Below, piece by piece: positions 1 to 14,700 of a stretch of DNA of 64,000 nt. Position 1 is the stretch's first letter; each line of letters opens with the position of its first letter. Source of the DNA: Blepharisma stoltei ATCC 30299 (taxonomy: Eukaryota > Protista > Ciliophora); NCBI GenBank assembly GCA_965603825.1, contig CBFDEM010000004.1, forward strand, positions 496,001 through 560,000. The letters run 5' to 3'. The translations under genes were made by a program, and so were the position numbers. The notes below the pieces were generated by a model. It was given only the letters and a program-made list of their open reading frames with translations, did no database searches and was not told the DNA's origin.

Positions 1-1
1 A

Positions 2-1711
2 ATAATAATGGAAGCTGAATATATCGGAGAATATGGTCAAGAAATTTTGAAAGAGCTACAAGAGTATTACTATCCTTTATTTTATAGCGATTGAAAGTGC
101 TTATCATTTGATGCTGCTATGCTGATTTTGAATGGATTAAAATATACATTAGCTCAAGGGGATGATTATGAAGATAATTCTGTATTCAATGCAAATCTCA
201 GACTTCAAAAATTCTTGAGCTGCTCAGGGACTGTTTCAATTGAATCTGATAGCAATAATCGAAATTCGGCAACCCTCGGGATCTATAATATGAGGTGAAA
301 TGAAAGCACTGGATTGATCTATGAATCGCTAACTGGCACATATAGTGTTGGAAGTAAACAACTGTTCACATTTTTCGATAACATTATTTGATTTAGCAAT
401 AAAACAACTCTTCCTGATGATAAGATTGTGTACGATAATGGATGCCCTTTTGATAAGAGTGAAATCAGATTCTCTGCAAAAGGAGCAGCAATTTTTTACT
501 CTTCATCATCTTTCATTTTTATTGTAGCAATCATTATATCTTTCTATGTATGGAAAAAGCGTTGGCATGCGAAAGATCCAGAACCAATAAAAAAATCAAG
601 AATTCAATTTGAGGATTATATAGCTATGATTGCGGTTTTTATCGATTTTTTCCAATTCCTTTCTCTTGGTCCTGACTTCAGTTACGATGTTATTTCAACG
701 AAAGTATCGTCTTGAGTTTCAATAAATATAGGATGACTGAACAAAGGAGAAAAACTCTGGATATATGCGAATTGCGCTGTAGTGATTGTTGCTTTATGAG
801 TATTCTTCAGTATTCAAATCGCTTTTAACTTATTTGAAAAGTCTGATAATACTTTCAGCTCAACTATCCGAGCAATGTCAAAATTATCATTAACAATAAT
901 AGGAAACTTGGGTTTTTTGCCTCTTATTTCTGTATTTTTAAGCTCTTTTGCATGCTATGAATCTATAGGTCCAAATATAAAACAAACATTTGTACATCAA
1001 GACTGCTCTACATTTTGTTGGCAAGATAAGCATATCATATGGGCTACACTATCTATTATTTCATTACTTATTTATTTACCCTCAGCTATATATTTTAGGC
1101 CATTTGTAGATACTATGAGCAACGGAAATATAAAATCTAAGCCTTTATTTATGATGGCAAAAGGAGTTTTGCAAGTGAGTGCAATTATTTTAAGTAAGAC
1201 ACTAAAAGTTTACTATGCGGGTTTGCATGGACTTATTTATATCTTGCTCGTTTCAATTTTTACTGCGTTTTGCATTAAGCTTAAGCCATATAACTATGGC
1301 CGAGTGAACCTCTGGCTAATTATGTCTTATTTGGCTGTTATATGAAGCGTATCATTATCTTCTATTTCTTCTATTTCATCATATCAATCTATACCATTAT
1401 GACTAACAGCTGATTTTATAGGCTGGGCATTATTGACTTTCACAGGGCTGTACATCCAAGCTTGGTATTGCCCATCAATGCTATTTACTGAAGAAAATGG
1501 TGATATTGGGGTGCTATTTAGATTTCAGCTTGGAAAGTCAATAAATGCAGACAAAATTAACCAGATCATAAGGGAAAGGAAATTTGAATCAGCGAGATTT
1601 AGTAGTAATTTTTTAAATCTTTCCGATAGAACCCAAAACAATTTTATTGTAGATAAAGGCAAAGACTGTAAAAAAGGAGAAGTACTGCCATTTAAACTTT
1701 CGTATCATTAA
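2..1711 (+). CDS. Receptor-like array copy 1 (5' partial): end of Venus-flytrap domain plus ~9-TM domain
   Basis: ORFs 428, 875 and 1433 share one frame and join through TGA=Trp; ends TAA. Colinear with the C-terminal half of copies 2-4. Confidence 0.88.
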
Positions 1712-2491
1712 ATATAATTCCATATTAATAGCTTTAAAGTAAATTTAACAACTTAAAGGAAAAGGAAATCAGAAGGCTTTTGGATTTAAACCTGAAAATA
1801 CTAGAGCCTAGCAAATTAGTAAATAAAACTCATAAAATTGATAAACAGAACAGAAAATCTACGAATACTAAATTGAAATCTATAATTCCAACCTTTTACC
1901 TGAAATGGATATTCTAAATGAATATTTTGAAGAAAATTGTTAGATGAATTGCTTTTTATTGTAGAACCAGATAAATTATATTTACCTCTAATTAAGCGCA
2001 TTATTGTCTATTTTTTATAGATTTTAAGTGGCTTAGAATATATATGCTTTATTAGCGTGATTATTTGCATTATAATGTAATAGAATAATTTTCAACGTAT
2101 TCGTTGATCATAAAGATTGCTAATATCTCTCGCTTTCTTAATTTTAAATTTGACCTTAACTTATTTTCTTTGGATCCATAAATAATTTCCTCACTATTGA
2201 ATAAATAAAATGTTTTCGCACTTTTATTCTCTTTCAATTTATATTTACCATGCTTAAGACAAGATAATATGATTAAATTGACTTGCAAGACCTCATAGTT
2301 TTTTTGCTTATGTACAAGAGATCAGGGCTATCAAAATACATATTTAAATATTCTTAGATAACAAATATTTGTAGCTAAAAGGAAAAACTAAAAACTAAAA
2401 TTAGGTACTTTCAACAGATGCATAATTACTTTTATTACAATGAAAATCTCATTTAATTAAATGCTAGATGGTTTCTTTTTGATTAATTAAT

Positions 2492-5400
2492 ATGTGGACA
2501 CAAACAATTGCCATTCTGGCGATTTTATCCCCGTGCATTGGGCAATTGCTTGCTGAAATTTTTTATAGTAGCAATACAGACGCAATTCTAATAGCTAGCA
2601 TCTCTTCAGCAATAAATCAAAAATTTCCCTTGAAAGTAGAAGTTAACGAAGTCTTTATCAATACAGATTTGAATATCGAAAATCTCAGTGAAGAGTCGGA
2701 TATTATTTTTGATCTTTCTGAAAGTGCCTCAATCTCAGAAATTATTAAAGATTTTTCAGAAAAGCATCAAATAATTCATGTGTCAATAAATTCTGCTAAT
2801 TCATATACTGATTGGCAGTATTTTACTCATCCTACAAATTTGGAAAATTTAGTTGCTTTATCAAGCTTAGTGAGTTTTTTAAATTGAGAAAAATTTATTA
2901 TTATTTTTGATGAAAATACAATTGACTACTTCAAGGACTTCAAAGATCAGTTCTTATTAAAGCAATGAGTGCCATTTTTTTTCGGCAACAAAGAAACCCA
3001 AACATTTTCAGACAATTTTATTGGGAAGGTAATCAAATCTACTGGGATCAGAAATATTGCCATATCGAATCAAGGTGAAAGTGCCTCAAAATTAGTTAAA
3101 AGTTTGAGAAATAAAAATATGATGAAGGAAGGAATCGGGATAATTTTGGGAAGCAGAAGCTGATGGGATGTAGATGAAAATGGGATTTTGGGTTATACCG
3201 AATCAGGGCTTGAGAATGCTACAGACTACTATAGCTATGAAGCTTTAGCTTGCGTCAAATTAATGGACATGATACTCACTTTTCCGTCTAGCAGCAATAA
3301 TTTAGACTTAATAGATTACTTAGAGCAAAATACAATAAACCACCATCCAATCCCTAGTTTTACAATTATGAACTCATATAATAACGAAAAAAGAAGAGTC
3401 GGAGCAATCGTTGATGGAGCGATTATTTGAAATGATGATTTAATTTTCGTTGGGAATTCGTCATCTATTCCAAATTCTCCAACAACACCAATAAATATAT
3501 GAATAGCGGATGGTACCACAAATCCTGGATTTGCAAATAGCGATTTGACATATTCCATTAAAGCAGGAGCACACTATGCTTTACTTTCTTATGTGCAAAA
3601 GACTCACTTTCTTGATGGCTTTGATATTGTGCTCACGCATACAGATTGTGGAGCCGAAGTCTACAAGCCAGCCTTTTCTATGAAATGCTTTTCTGAATTA
3701 AAAGGCAACCCTGGCATTGCTTTTATGACGACTCCACTTCCCTCTACCTTATTTGGAAATTTGATTTCTATGAAAGCTTTGAATATTACAATTCCAGTTA
3801 TATCCGAATATGCAACTCCTCAAGCATTGGAAAGTAAAATTAATTACCCACAATTCATGAGAATTGCTGGGTATGACTTATACCATACTAGTGTCCTTAC
3901 CACACTAATCAATGTTTTTGGATGGAAGAATATAGTTTTAATACTAGAAAACTCGACAGACAATATTGTCATTCACGATTATATTGTCAAATGGGCAGAA
4001 GAATTTAAAATTAACATTGCAAACAAAGAAGAAGACAGATGAATTATGCTGAGCTATAATCATACTAGATTTGATACAGTAAAAGAGTGAATGAAGAGAA
4101 TAATTGATTTAAAAGTGAGGCCTATGCTATTTTATGTCACACCGCCATTTGAGTATAATGCAATTGTTGATTTTTATGAAGCTGGCTTAAGGCAAGGAAA
4201 TGGTATTTTTTTACTTACTAATAGAGTTGCTTTTGCTCAAATTCATGTAAATGGTGATGCTGCTAAGCAAAGATTAAGAGAGTTGCTATACGGTGCATTA
4301 ATAATAATGGAAGCTGAATTTATTGGAGAATATGGTCAAGAAATTTTGAAAGAACTACAAGAGTATTACTATCCTTTAGCTACAAGTGATTTTAAGTGCT
4401 TATCATTTGAAGCTGCTATGCTGATTTTGCATGGATTAAAATATACATTAGCTCAAGGGGATGACTATGAAGATAATTCTGTATTCAATACAAATCTCAG
4501 ACTCCAAAAATTTTTGGGCTGCTCAGGAACTGTTTCAATTGAATCTGATAGCAATAATCGAAATTCAGCAACTCTTGGGATCTATAATATGAGGTGAAAT
4601 GAAAGCACTGGATTTATCTATGAATCAATAACTGGCACCTATAGTGTTGGAAGTAAACAGCTGTTCACATTTTTCGATAATATTATTTGATTTAACAATA
4701 AAACAACTCTTCCTGATGATAAAATTGTGTACGATAATGGATGTCCTTTTGACAAGAGTGAAATCAGATTCTCTACAAAAGGAGCAGCAATTTTTTACTC
4801 TTCATCAGCTTTCATTTTTAATGTATCGATCGTTATAACTTTCTATGTATGGAAAAAGCGTTGGCATAGGGAAGATCCAGAACCAATAAAAAAATCAAGA
4901 ATTCAATTTGAGGATTATATAGCAATGATTGCGGTTTTTATCGATTTTTTCCAATTCCTTTCTCTCGGTCCTGACTTCAGTTACGATGTTTTTTCAACGA
5001 AAGTATCGACATGAGTTTCAATAAATATAGGATGACTAAACAAAGGAGAAAGACTCTGGATCTATTTGAATTGCGCTGTAGTGATTGTTGCTTTATGAGT
5101 ATTCTTCAGTATTCAAGTTGCTTTTAACCTATTTGAAAAGTCTGACAATACTTTCAGCTCAGCTATCCGAGCAATGTCAAAAATATCATTAACAATAATA
5201 GGAAACTTGGGCTTTTTACCTCTTATTTCTGTATTTTTAAGCTCTTTTGCATGCTATGAATCTATAGGTCCAAATATAAAACAAACATTTGTACATCAAG
5301 ACTGCTCTACATTTTGCTGGCAAGATAAGCATATCATATGAGCTACACTCTCTATTATTTCATTACTTATTTATTTACCCTCAGCTATATATTTTCGACC

Positions 5401-6016
5401 ATTTGCAGATACTGTGAGCAATGGAAATATAAAATCTAAGCCTTTATTTATGATGGCCAAAGGAGTTTTGCAAGTGAGTGCAATTATTTTAAGTAAGACG
5501 CTAAAAGTTTACTATGCAAGCTTGCATGGGCTTATTTATATCTTGCTCGTTTCGATTTTTATTGTCTTTTGCATTAAGCTTAAACCATACAACTATGGTC
5601 GAGTTAACCTCTGGCTAATTATATCTTATTTGGCTGTTATATGGGGTGTATCATTATCTTCTATTTCTTCTATTTCCTCATATCAATCTATACCATTATG
5701 ACTGACAGCTGATTTTATAGGTTGGGCCTTATTGACTTGCACAGGGCTGTATATCCAAGCTGGGTATTGCCCATCAATGCTGTTTACTGAAGAAAATGGT
5801 GATATTGGGGTGTTATTTAGATTTCAGCTTGGAAAGTCAATAAATGCAGACAAAATTAACCAGAGCATAAGAGAAAGGAAATCTGAATCAGCCAGATTTA
5901 GTAGTGATTGTTTAAATCTTGAAGGCTCCGATAGAACCCAAAACAATTTTATTGTAGATAAAGGCAAAGACTGTAAAAAAGGAGAAGTACTGCCATTTAA
6001 ACTTTCGTATCATTAA
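2492..6016 (+). CDS. Receptor-like array copy 2 (~1174 aa): signal peptide, 2x periplasmic-binding type I (ANF-receptor/VFT-like) domains, ~9 TM
   Basis: Eight track ORFs lie in one frame separated by TGA. Motifs HTDCGA, YPQFMRI, FGWKNIVLI and FLGCSGTVSI..NR resemble ANF_receptor domains; hydrophobic C-terminal third; TAA stop. Confidence 0.88.
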
Positions 6017-6624
6017 ATATAATTCCATATTAATAGCTTTAAAGTAAATTTAACAACTTAAGTATTGGCTTATCTCTAGTTGATTATAAGAAATTTGACA
6101 ACCACCCTAATATAAAAAGTAATCATTAATAAAATTGAATATATCAGTTAATTGAATCTATGTATAAATGAAATGAGATTAATTAGCATCAGCTTTTTTG
6201 TTCGGTAGTAAAATATTATGAAATTGGGAAGTTTTTGAATCTATTCAAAAAAATTAAGTGATATTAGCTAGCATCATCATAGATGGAAAGACTGTATCCC
6301 ATTTCTATTTAAAAATATATCGCTGTTTACAGATTCCAAGATTAGGTTCCAAAACCTTTTTAACTTATCTTACGCTTTATAGCTCTTGAGCTTTTTGCCG
6401 GTGTTTAGAGAGTAGGTATTTGCATTAAAATAAAGCGGAAAAAAAAATATTAAAGTGATCTACTCAAAAGGTAAATTCCTGATTTCTCTTTTTATGATAC
6501 CTCGACCATTTTAGCTGCATCCTATTTAAGCTTTAGCATAGAGTCAAATATGTGATTTATTGAAATTTAACTAAATTATTATCTTAGCATAAATAAATAT
6601 TAATTTTATGTCGAAATTAATTTC

Positions 6625-6704
6625 TTTTACCTACTAGAGTTAAAAGCTATCAAAATTCAATATATTTTACCTACTAGAGTTCAAAGCTATCAAATTTCAA
6701 TATA
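6625..6704. repeat. Tandem duplication, 2 x 40 bp, upstream of copy 3
   Basis: ttttacctactagagttaaaagctatcaaaattcaatata followed by ttttacctactagagttcaaagctatcaaatttcaatata (2 mismatches). Confidence 0.9.
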
Positions 6705-6833
6705 TGTATTTTTTTATAAAACAAATATTTATTGGAAAAAAAAACTAAAACTCAGCACTTTCATAAACGCATAAAGAATTTTCATCATAAATATTCAAAT
6801 AAATTGCTATTTCTTTTTTTTTATTTAATTAAG

Positions 6834-9800
6834 ATGTGAATGCAAGCACTTACCATTCTAGCAATCTCATTCCAGTATTTTGGGCAGTTGCTTGTTGAAG
6901 TGATTTATAGTAGTAGCACAGATAGAAAGCTAACAGCTAGTATCTCGTCAGCAATAAAACAAAAATTTTCTTTGCAAGTTGATTTAAAAGAAGTCTTTAT
7001 TAATACAGATTTGGATATCGAGCTTCTCAGTGAGACGTCGAATATTATTTTTGATCTTTCTGAAAGCATCTCAATCTCAGAAATTATAAAAGATTTTTCC
7101 AAAAAACATCAAATAATTATTGTCTCTATCCAAAATTCTGTTAATTCGTACTCTAATTGGCAATATTTTACTCATCCTGCAAATTTGGATGATTTAATGG
7201 CTTTATCAAGCTTACTTAGTTTTTTAAATTGAGAAAAATTTATAATTATTTTTGACGATAATACAATTGATTACTTCAAGGACTTCAAAGATCAGTTCTT
7301 ATTAAAGCAATGAGTGCCATTTTTTTTCGGCAACAAAGAGACCCAAAAATTTTCGGATAATTTTATTGGGAAGGTAATCAAATCTACTGGGATCAGAAAT
7401 ATTGTCATATCGAATCAAGGTGAAAGTGCCTCAAAATTAGTTAAAAGTTTGAGAAATAAAAATATGATGAAGGAAGGAATCGGGATAATTTTGGGAAGCA
7501 GAAGTTGGTGGAATGTAGATGAAAATGGAATTTTGGGTTACACCGAATCAGGGCTTGAAAATGCTACAGATTATTATAGTTATGAAGCTTTAGCTTGCGT
7601 CAAATTAATAGACCTAATAATCAATTTCCAGCATAGGAGGAATAATTTAGACTTAAGACATTACCTAGAGCAAAATACAATAAACCACCATCCAATCCCT
7701 AGTTTTACAATTATGAACTCATATAATAACGAAAAAAGAAGAGTCGGAGCAATCGTTGATGGAGCGATTATTTGAAATGATGATTTAATTTTCGTTGGGA
7801 ATTCGTCATCTATTCCAAATTCTCCAACAACACCAATAAATATATGAATAGCGGATGGTACCACAAATCCTGGATTTGCAAATAGCGATTTGACATATTC
7901 CATTAAAGAAGGAACACGCTATGCTTTACTTTCTTATGTGCAAAAGACTCACTTTCTTGATGGCTTTGATATTGTGCTCACGCATACAGATTGTGGAGCC
8001 GAAGTCTACAAGCCAGCCTTTTCTATGAAATGCTTTTCTGAATTAAAAGGCAACCCTGGCATTGCTTTTATGACGACTCCACTTCCCTCTACCTTATTTG
8101 GAAATTTGATTTCTTTAAAAGCTTTGAATATTACAATTCCAGTTATATCCGAATATGCAACTCCTCAAGCATTGGAAAGTAAAATTAATTACCCACAATT
8201 CATGAGAATTGCTGGGTATGACTTATACCATACTAGTGTCCTTACCACACTAATCAATGTTTTTGGATGGAAGAATATAGTTTTAATACTAGAAAACTCG
8301 ACAGACAATATTGTCATTCACGATTATATTGCCAATTGGGCAGAAGAATTTAAAATTAACATTGCAAACAAAGAAGAAGATAGGTGAATTATGCTGAGCT
8401 ATAATCATACAAGATTTGGAGAGGTAAAAGATTGAATGAAGAGGATAATTGACTTAAGAGTGAGGCCTATATTGTTCTATGTCACTCCACCATTTGAGTA
8501 TAATGCAATTGTTGATTTTTATGAAGCTGGCTTAAGGCAAGGAAACTGCATTTTTTTACTTACTAATAGAGTTGCCTATGTTCAAGTTCATGCACATGGT
8601 GATGCTGCTAAGCAGAGATTAAGAGAGTTGCTATACGGTGCATTAATAATAATGGAAGCTGAATTTATCGGAGAATATGGTCAAGAAATTTTGAAAGAAC
8701 TACAAGAGTATTACTTTCCTTTAGCTACTAGTGATTTTAAGTGTTTATCATTTGATGCTGCTATGCTGATTTTGCATGGATTAAAATATACATTAGCTCA
8801 AGGAACTGACTATGAAAATAATTCTGTATTCAATACAAATCTCAGATTCCAAAAATTTTTGGGCTGCTCAGGAACTGTTTCAATTGAATCTGATAGCAAT
8901 AATCGAAATTCAGCAACTCTTGGGATCTATAATATGAGGTGAAATGAAAGCACTGGATTTATCTATGAATCCCTAACTGGGACCTATAGTGTTGGAAGTA
9001 AACAACTGTTCACATTTTTCGATAATATTATTTGATTTAACAATAAAACAACTCTTCCTGGTGATAAGATTGCATACGATAATGGATGTCCTTTTGACAA
9101 GAGTGAAATCAGATTCTCTACAAAAGGAGCAGCAATTTTTTACTCTTTATCAGTTTTCATTTTTATTGTAGCAATCGTTATAACTTTCTATGTATGGAAA
9201 AAGCGTTGGCATAGGGAAGATCCAGAACCAATAAAAAAATCAAGATTTCAATTTGAGGATTATATAGCAATGATTGCGGTTTTTATCGATTTTTTCCAAT
9301 TCCTTTCTCTCGGTCCTGACTTCAGTTACGATGTTTTTTCAACTAAAGTATCGACCCTAGTTTCGATTAATATAGGATGACTCAACAAAGGAGAAAGACT
9401 ATGGATATATGTGAATTGTGCTATAGTAATTGTTGCTATATGAGTATTCTTCAGTATTCAAGTCGCTTTTAACTTATTTGAGAAGTCTGACAATACTTTC
9501 AGTTCAGCTATCCGAGCAATGTCAAAAATATCATTAACAATAATAGGAAACTTGGGCTTTTTACCTCTTATTTCTGTATTTTTAAGCTCTTTTGCATGCT
9601 ATGAATCTATAGGTCCAAATATAAAACAAACATTTGTACATCAAGACTGCTCTACTTTTTGCTGGCAAGATAAGCATATCATATGAGCTACGCTATCCGC
9701 TATTTCATTACTTGTTTATTTACCCTCAGCAATATATTTTCGACCATTTGCAGACACTATGAGTCATGGTAATGTAAAAACTAAACCACTATTTTTAATG

Positions 9801-10343
9801 GCTAAAGGACTATTGCAAGTGGGTGCAATCATTCTAAGTAAGACGCTAAAAGTTTACTATGCAAGTTTGCACGGACTTATTTATATCATACTTTTTACAA
9901 TTTTTATTGTGTTTTGCATTAAGCTAAAGCCATATAATTATGGCCGAATGAACCTTTGACTAATAATGTCTTATATGGCTGTTATATGGGGTGTATTATT
10001 ATCCTCTATTAATTCTGTATCTTCATATCATTCTGCGCTACTTGGACTAATTGTTGATTTTATGGGCTGGCTGATTATAGCATTCACAGGTTTATACATT
10101 CAAACTAGATATTATCCTTCGATGCTATTTGCTGAAGAAAATGCTAATATTGGGGAGCTATTTAGATTTCAGCTTGGAAAGTCAATAAACGCTGATAAAA
10201 TCAACCAGATCATAAGAGAAAGTAAATTTGAATCAACCAGGTTAAGAAGTAACGGCTCTGAAAGCCAAACCAATTTAATTGCAGATAAAAGCAAAGAATA
10301 TATAAAAGTAGAAGAAAAGTCATTAAAGCTTTCATTTAATTAA
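6834..10343 (+). CDS. Receptor-like array copy 3 (~1169 aa)
   Basis: Starts ATG-TGA-ATG (MWMQ, cf. MWTQ of copy 2); single frame to TAA; colinear with copy 2. Confidence 0.88.
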
Positions 10344-11135
10344 AGTAAAATTCTAAACTAATAGCTTTTCAAATAAAATTTCAAAAAAAAGCAAATTCTT
10401 AGTTATCTTACCAACGCAACCTTTATGTTTGAGATAATATTAAGTTGTAACCAAAGTTCTGAATTTATGACAACAGTCTTAATAAATTCAATTCTTTATT
10501 ATATTAATAAAGATTATTGGCTCTTCTTAAATTTCCTTTTAAAATTGAAATGGAAATTAAAAAAATCATTTCAAGATTTATTAATGATTCATGAGAAATA
10601 ATCCAAATTTACAAAACAAAATTTTAAAAAAATTTTTTTGATGCTTTAAAAACATTTAAGAAGTTTATAATGTATTGAAAAATTAAATTCTAAATCAGAA
10701 ATAATTAAAACATTTAAATATCAAAACAATATGTCAATTATATAGATAAAAGATCTTTTCCTATTCATTAAATATGGAGATAGTTACAAATTTTATACTA
10801 CAGCGCTTAGTGGCAATTAGTTTATAGAGATTATAAAAAATTGAAAATTTAATATCTTTTCATGGGGAAAAATTATATTGCAATTTCGCTTTACTGGTTG
10901 GACTACTGACTCCTTTTAGATATAGAAAATCAAAAAGAAAATTTGAAGATTATATTTAATGCTTTAAATAAAACTATTATGCTTATTAAATAGACTTCCT
11001 ATTTTACTTAAATACAATTAAAAATAAGTGGTGATAAAGATAATTCAACGTTTCTACCTGATATATAACTGATTAGCGATGCTGAATATAGGCTTTGCAC
11101 ACAATAAAAGATCAATTTATAGCTTAATTAATAAG

Positions 11136-11330
11136 ATGTGGACACAAACTAATATATTTCTGGCAATTTTATTCCACGGCCTTTGTCAACTGCTCATAGA
11201 AATCGTTTATAGTAGCAACACAGGAATAAATTTAAAAGAAAGCATATCTTTAACAATAAAAGCAGAATTTCTCCTCCAAGTCGACATAATGAAGTTCTTA
11301 TAAATACAGATTTGGAAATTGAAAATATTA
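11136..11330 (+). pseudogene. Frameshifted, truncated 5' fragment of the receptor-like family
   Basis: MWTQTNIFLAILFHGLCQLLIEIVYSSNT matches the paralog N-termini. A 1-nt frameshift near 11288 is followed by EVLINTDLEIEN in another frame, and homology is lost after ~11330. Confidence 0.8.
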
Positions 11331-11703
11331 CTCCGCTTCATTATCAAGTAAGGTATTACTCTTATGCACATATACTTTTATTTTAATAAAATATTCTGAT
11401 ATTGAGGATTCTATTTCTTCTTTGTTGAGGCAGACAGGACTTCAAATAAGAATCTTTTTGAACTATTATATTTAAGATTTTATTAGGATTTTAATTTCTA
11501 ATTTAAAGAACTTGAGTCATTGTTTAAAGATAGCCAACCTGTAATGAGCTTAAGTTTAAGGTAAAGACAAATGATATCTTAAATTTAAAGCAGGCAGTCA
11601 ATAATAATCTGTAAAAACTAAGATGCAATATATTCTTAATTAATAGTTTATATAAAAATTTTCATTTAATATAATCTAATTTGTAGGATTTTTTATTAAT
11701 TAA

Positions 11704-14700
11704 ATGTGGATATGAATCGGTGTAATTCTAGTGACACTATACCAAGTATTTTGCCAACTATTAATTGAGATAGCTTATAGTAATTATACAGATTTGAAAT
11801 TAAAATCAACTATCTATTCAGTGATGGAGCAAAAATTTTCGTTCCAAGTTGAATTAAATCAGATGTTGATTAACTCTGTTTTAGATATTGAAAATCTCAG
11901 CGAAAAATCGAATATTATCCTTGACATTACTTTTAGTGCTTCGATATCTGAACTTTTAAGAGAATTTACCAGTAAGCATCAAATAATTCATATCTCGACT
12001 AAAAATTCTTTTAGCTCATGAACTAGGTGGCAGTATTTTACTCACTTTTCAAATATGGACCACTTGCTAGCCCTTTCTAGCTTAGTTAGTTTTGTAAATT
12101 GACAGAAATTCATAATCATATTTGATGAAAGCACAATTGATTATATTAAAGTATTCAAAAATCAATTTTTATCTTACCAGTGAGTACCATTATTTTTAGG
12201 AGACAAAGAAAGTCAAGATTTTACAGATGCATTTGTTGGGAAGCAAATCAAACCGATTGGAATCAGAAACATTATAATCTCAAGCCAAGGTAAGAGTGCT
12301 TCGAAGTTAGTTAAGAGCTTGAAGAAGAAAAATTTGATGATAAACGGAACAGGAATAATTTTGGGAAGCAGAAGCTGATCAGATATAAGTGAAAATGGAA
12401 TTTTTGGATTCATTGAATCAGGACTTGAAAAAGCTATAGATTATTATAGTTATGAAGCTTTGGCTTGCGTTAAATTAATGGATTTAATACTCAGCTTCCC
12501 ATCCAACAACAATAATGTATTTTTACGAGATTTTTTGGAGCGAAATACAATAAACCACCACCCAATCCCGATCTTTACAATAATGAACTCAGATAATAGC
12601 GAGAAAAGAAGCGCCGGAACATTGATTGATGGAGTGATAACTTGAAATAATGATTTAGTTTTTATTGGCAATTCTTCTTCAATCCCAAATTCTCCTACAA
12701 CACAAGTTAATATATGAATAGCAGATGGGTCGACAAATCCTGGGTTTGGAAATAGCACCTTATCTAATCCAATTAAGCAAGGCGCACGCTATGCTTTGCT
12801 TTCATATGCTGAAAAAACTCATTTCCTTGATGGCTTTGATATTATATTGACGCATACAGACTGTGGAGCAGAAGTTTATGATCCTGCTTTTTCTTTGAAT
12901 TGTTTTTCTAAAATAGACAATCCTGGCGTTGCTTTTATGACGACTCCTCTCCCATTTACTTTGATTGGGAACCTAATTTCTTTGAAAGCGCTAAACATTT
13001 CAATGCCTGTTGTTTCTGAGTACGCAACTCCTCAAGCTTTGGAAAATGAGGCTGAATACCCCCAATTCATGAGGATTGCGGGCTATGACTTATACCACAC
13101 AAGCGTGCTCACGACTTTAATTAATGTTTTTGGGTGGGAAAACGTGATTTTAATATTAGAAAATTCGACTGATAATGCAATTATTCATGACTATATTGCA
13201 AAATGAGCAGAAGACTTTAAAATTAATATTGTCAATGAAGAAAAAGACAGGTGGATCATGCAGAATTACAACCATACGAGATTTGAGGAAGTTCAAGATT
13301 GAATGAAGAAGATTATAGAATTCAAAATAAGGCCAATCTTATTCTACGTTACGCCACCGTTTGAGGCTAATGTTATTATTGATTTTTATGAGGCTGGCCT
13401 CAGGCAAGGAGATTGCATCTTTTTATTAACGAACAGAGTGGCGTTTACACAGGACCATGCAGTTGGGGTAGTCAATAAGCAAAGATTGGGGGAGTTGCTA
13501 TATGGTGGCTTAGTAATCATGGAAGCTGAGTATATTGGAGAATATGGCAAAGAAATCTTAAAAGAACTGCAAGAATACTATTATCCTTTGACAATTTCTG
13601 ATTTCAAATGCTTGTCATTTGACGCTGCGATGCTCATCTTGCATGGAATAAAGTATACCTTAAGCCAAGGAGAGAACATTGAAGATAGCAGTATTTTGAA
13701 TACAAATCTAAGACTCCAAAAATTTTTAGGGTGTTCTGGTACTGTTTCAATCGAATCTGGCAGTAATAACCGAAATTCGGCAACACTTGGGATCTATAAC
13801 ATAAGATGAAATCAAACAACTAATTTGATTTATGAGTCGCTAACTGGCGTTTATAATATTGGAAGTAAACAATTATTTACTTTTTTTGATGATATTGTTT
13901 GGTATAGCAATAGTACTATACTTCCTGATGACAAGATTGTATATGATAATGGATGCCCTTTCTATAAGAGTGAAGTCAGATTTTCTTCAAATGGGGCAGC
14001 AATATTTTATTCTCTTTCTGCTTTTATTTTTATAGCTACACTGCTTATAACTTTATATATTTGAAAAAAATGCTGATATAAATTTAATGTAGAGCCAATA
14101 AAATCTTCAAGGATTCAGTTAGAGGATTATATAGCAATGGCTGCGATTCTTATTGATTTTTTTCAATTCCTATCTCTAGGTCCTGAAGCCAGCTATGATA
14201 GGTTTTCAAGTAAAGCGTCGACTTGATTTTCAATAAATGTAGGATGACTCAACAAAGAACAAAAGCTGTGAGTTTATGTAACTTGCGCAATGGTTATTGT
14301 TGCTTTATGAGTATTATTTTGCATTCAAATAAAATTCAAATTATTTGATGAGGCAGAAAATCTATTATGCTCAACATTTAGATTCTTATCAAAGCTTTCA
14401 CTAACTATAATAGGAAATTTAGGCTTTTTGCCTATTTTTTCTGTACTTTTGAGCTCCTTAGCGTGCTACGAATCTATAGGTTCAAGTCTAAAGCAGACTT
14501 TTGTGCATCAAGACTGCTCTACTTTTTGTTGGCAAAATCAGCATATAATATGAGCAGCACTGTCCATTATTTCACTAGTCATTTATTTGCCCTCCGCAAT
14601 ATACTTCAGGCCATTTGCAGATGTTGTGAACAATGGAAATATCAAAACTAAACCACTCTTTCTGATGGCAAAAGGGGTTTTCCAAGTTAGTATTATTATT

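Noticed and set aside
1816-2288. Short minus-strand ORFs in the array spacer (also 55625-55822)
   Set aside because: AT-rich chance ORFs with no motifs and no counterpart in the other spacers.
6625-6704. CRISPR-like repeat
   Set aside because: Only two adjacent units, no spacers, eukaryotic context.
3316-12758. Recurrent antisense ORFs (3316-3558, 7661-7903, 12450-12758) and shifted-frame ORFs (345, 4644, 8989)
   Set aside because: They are shadows of the duplicated sense genes and recur only because the DNA is duplicated.
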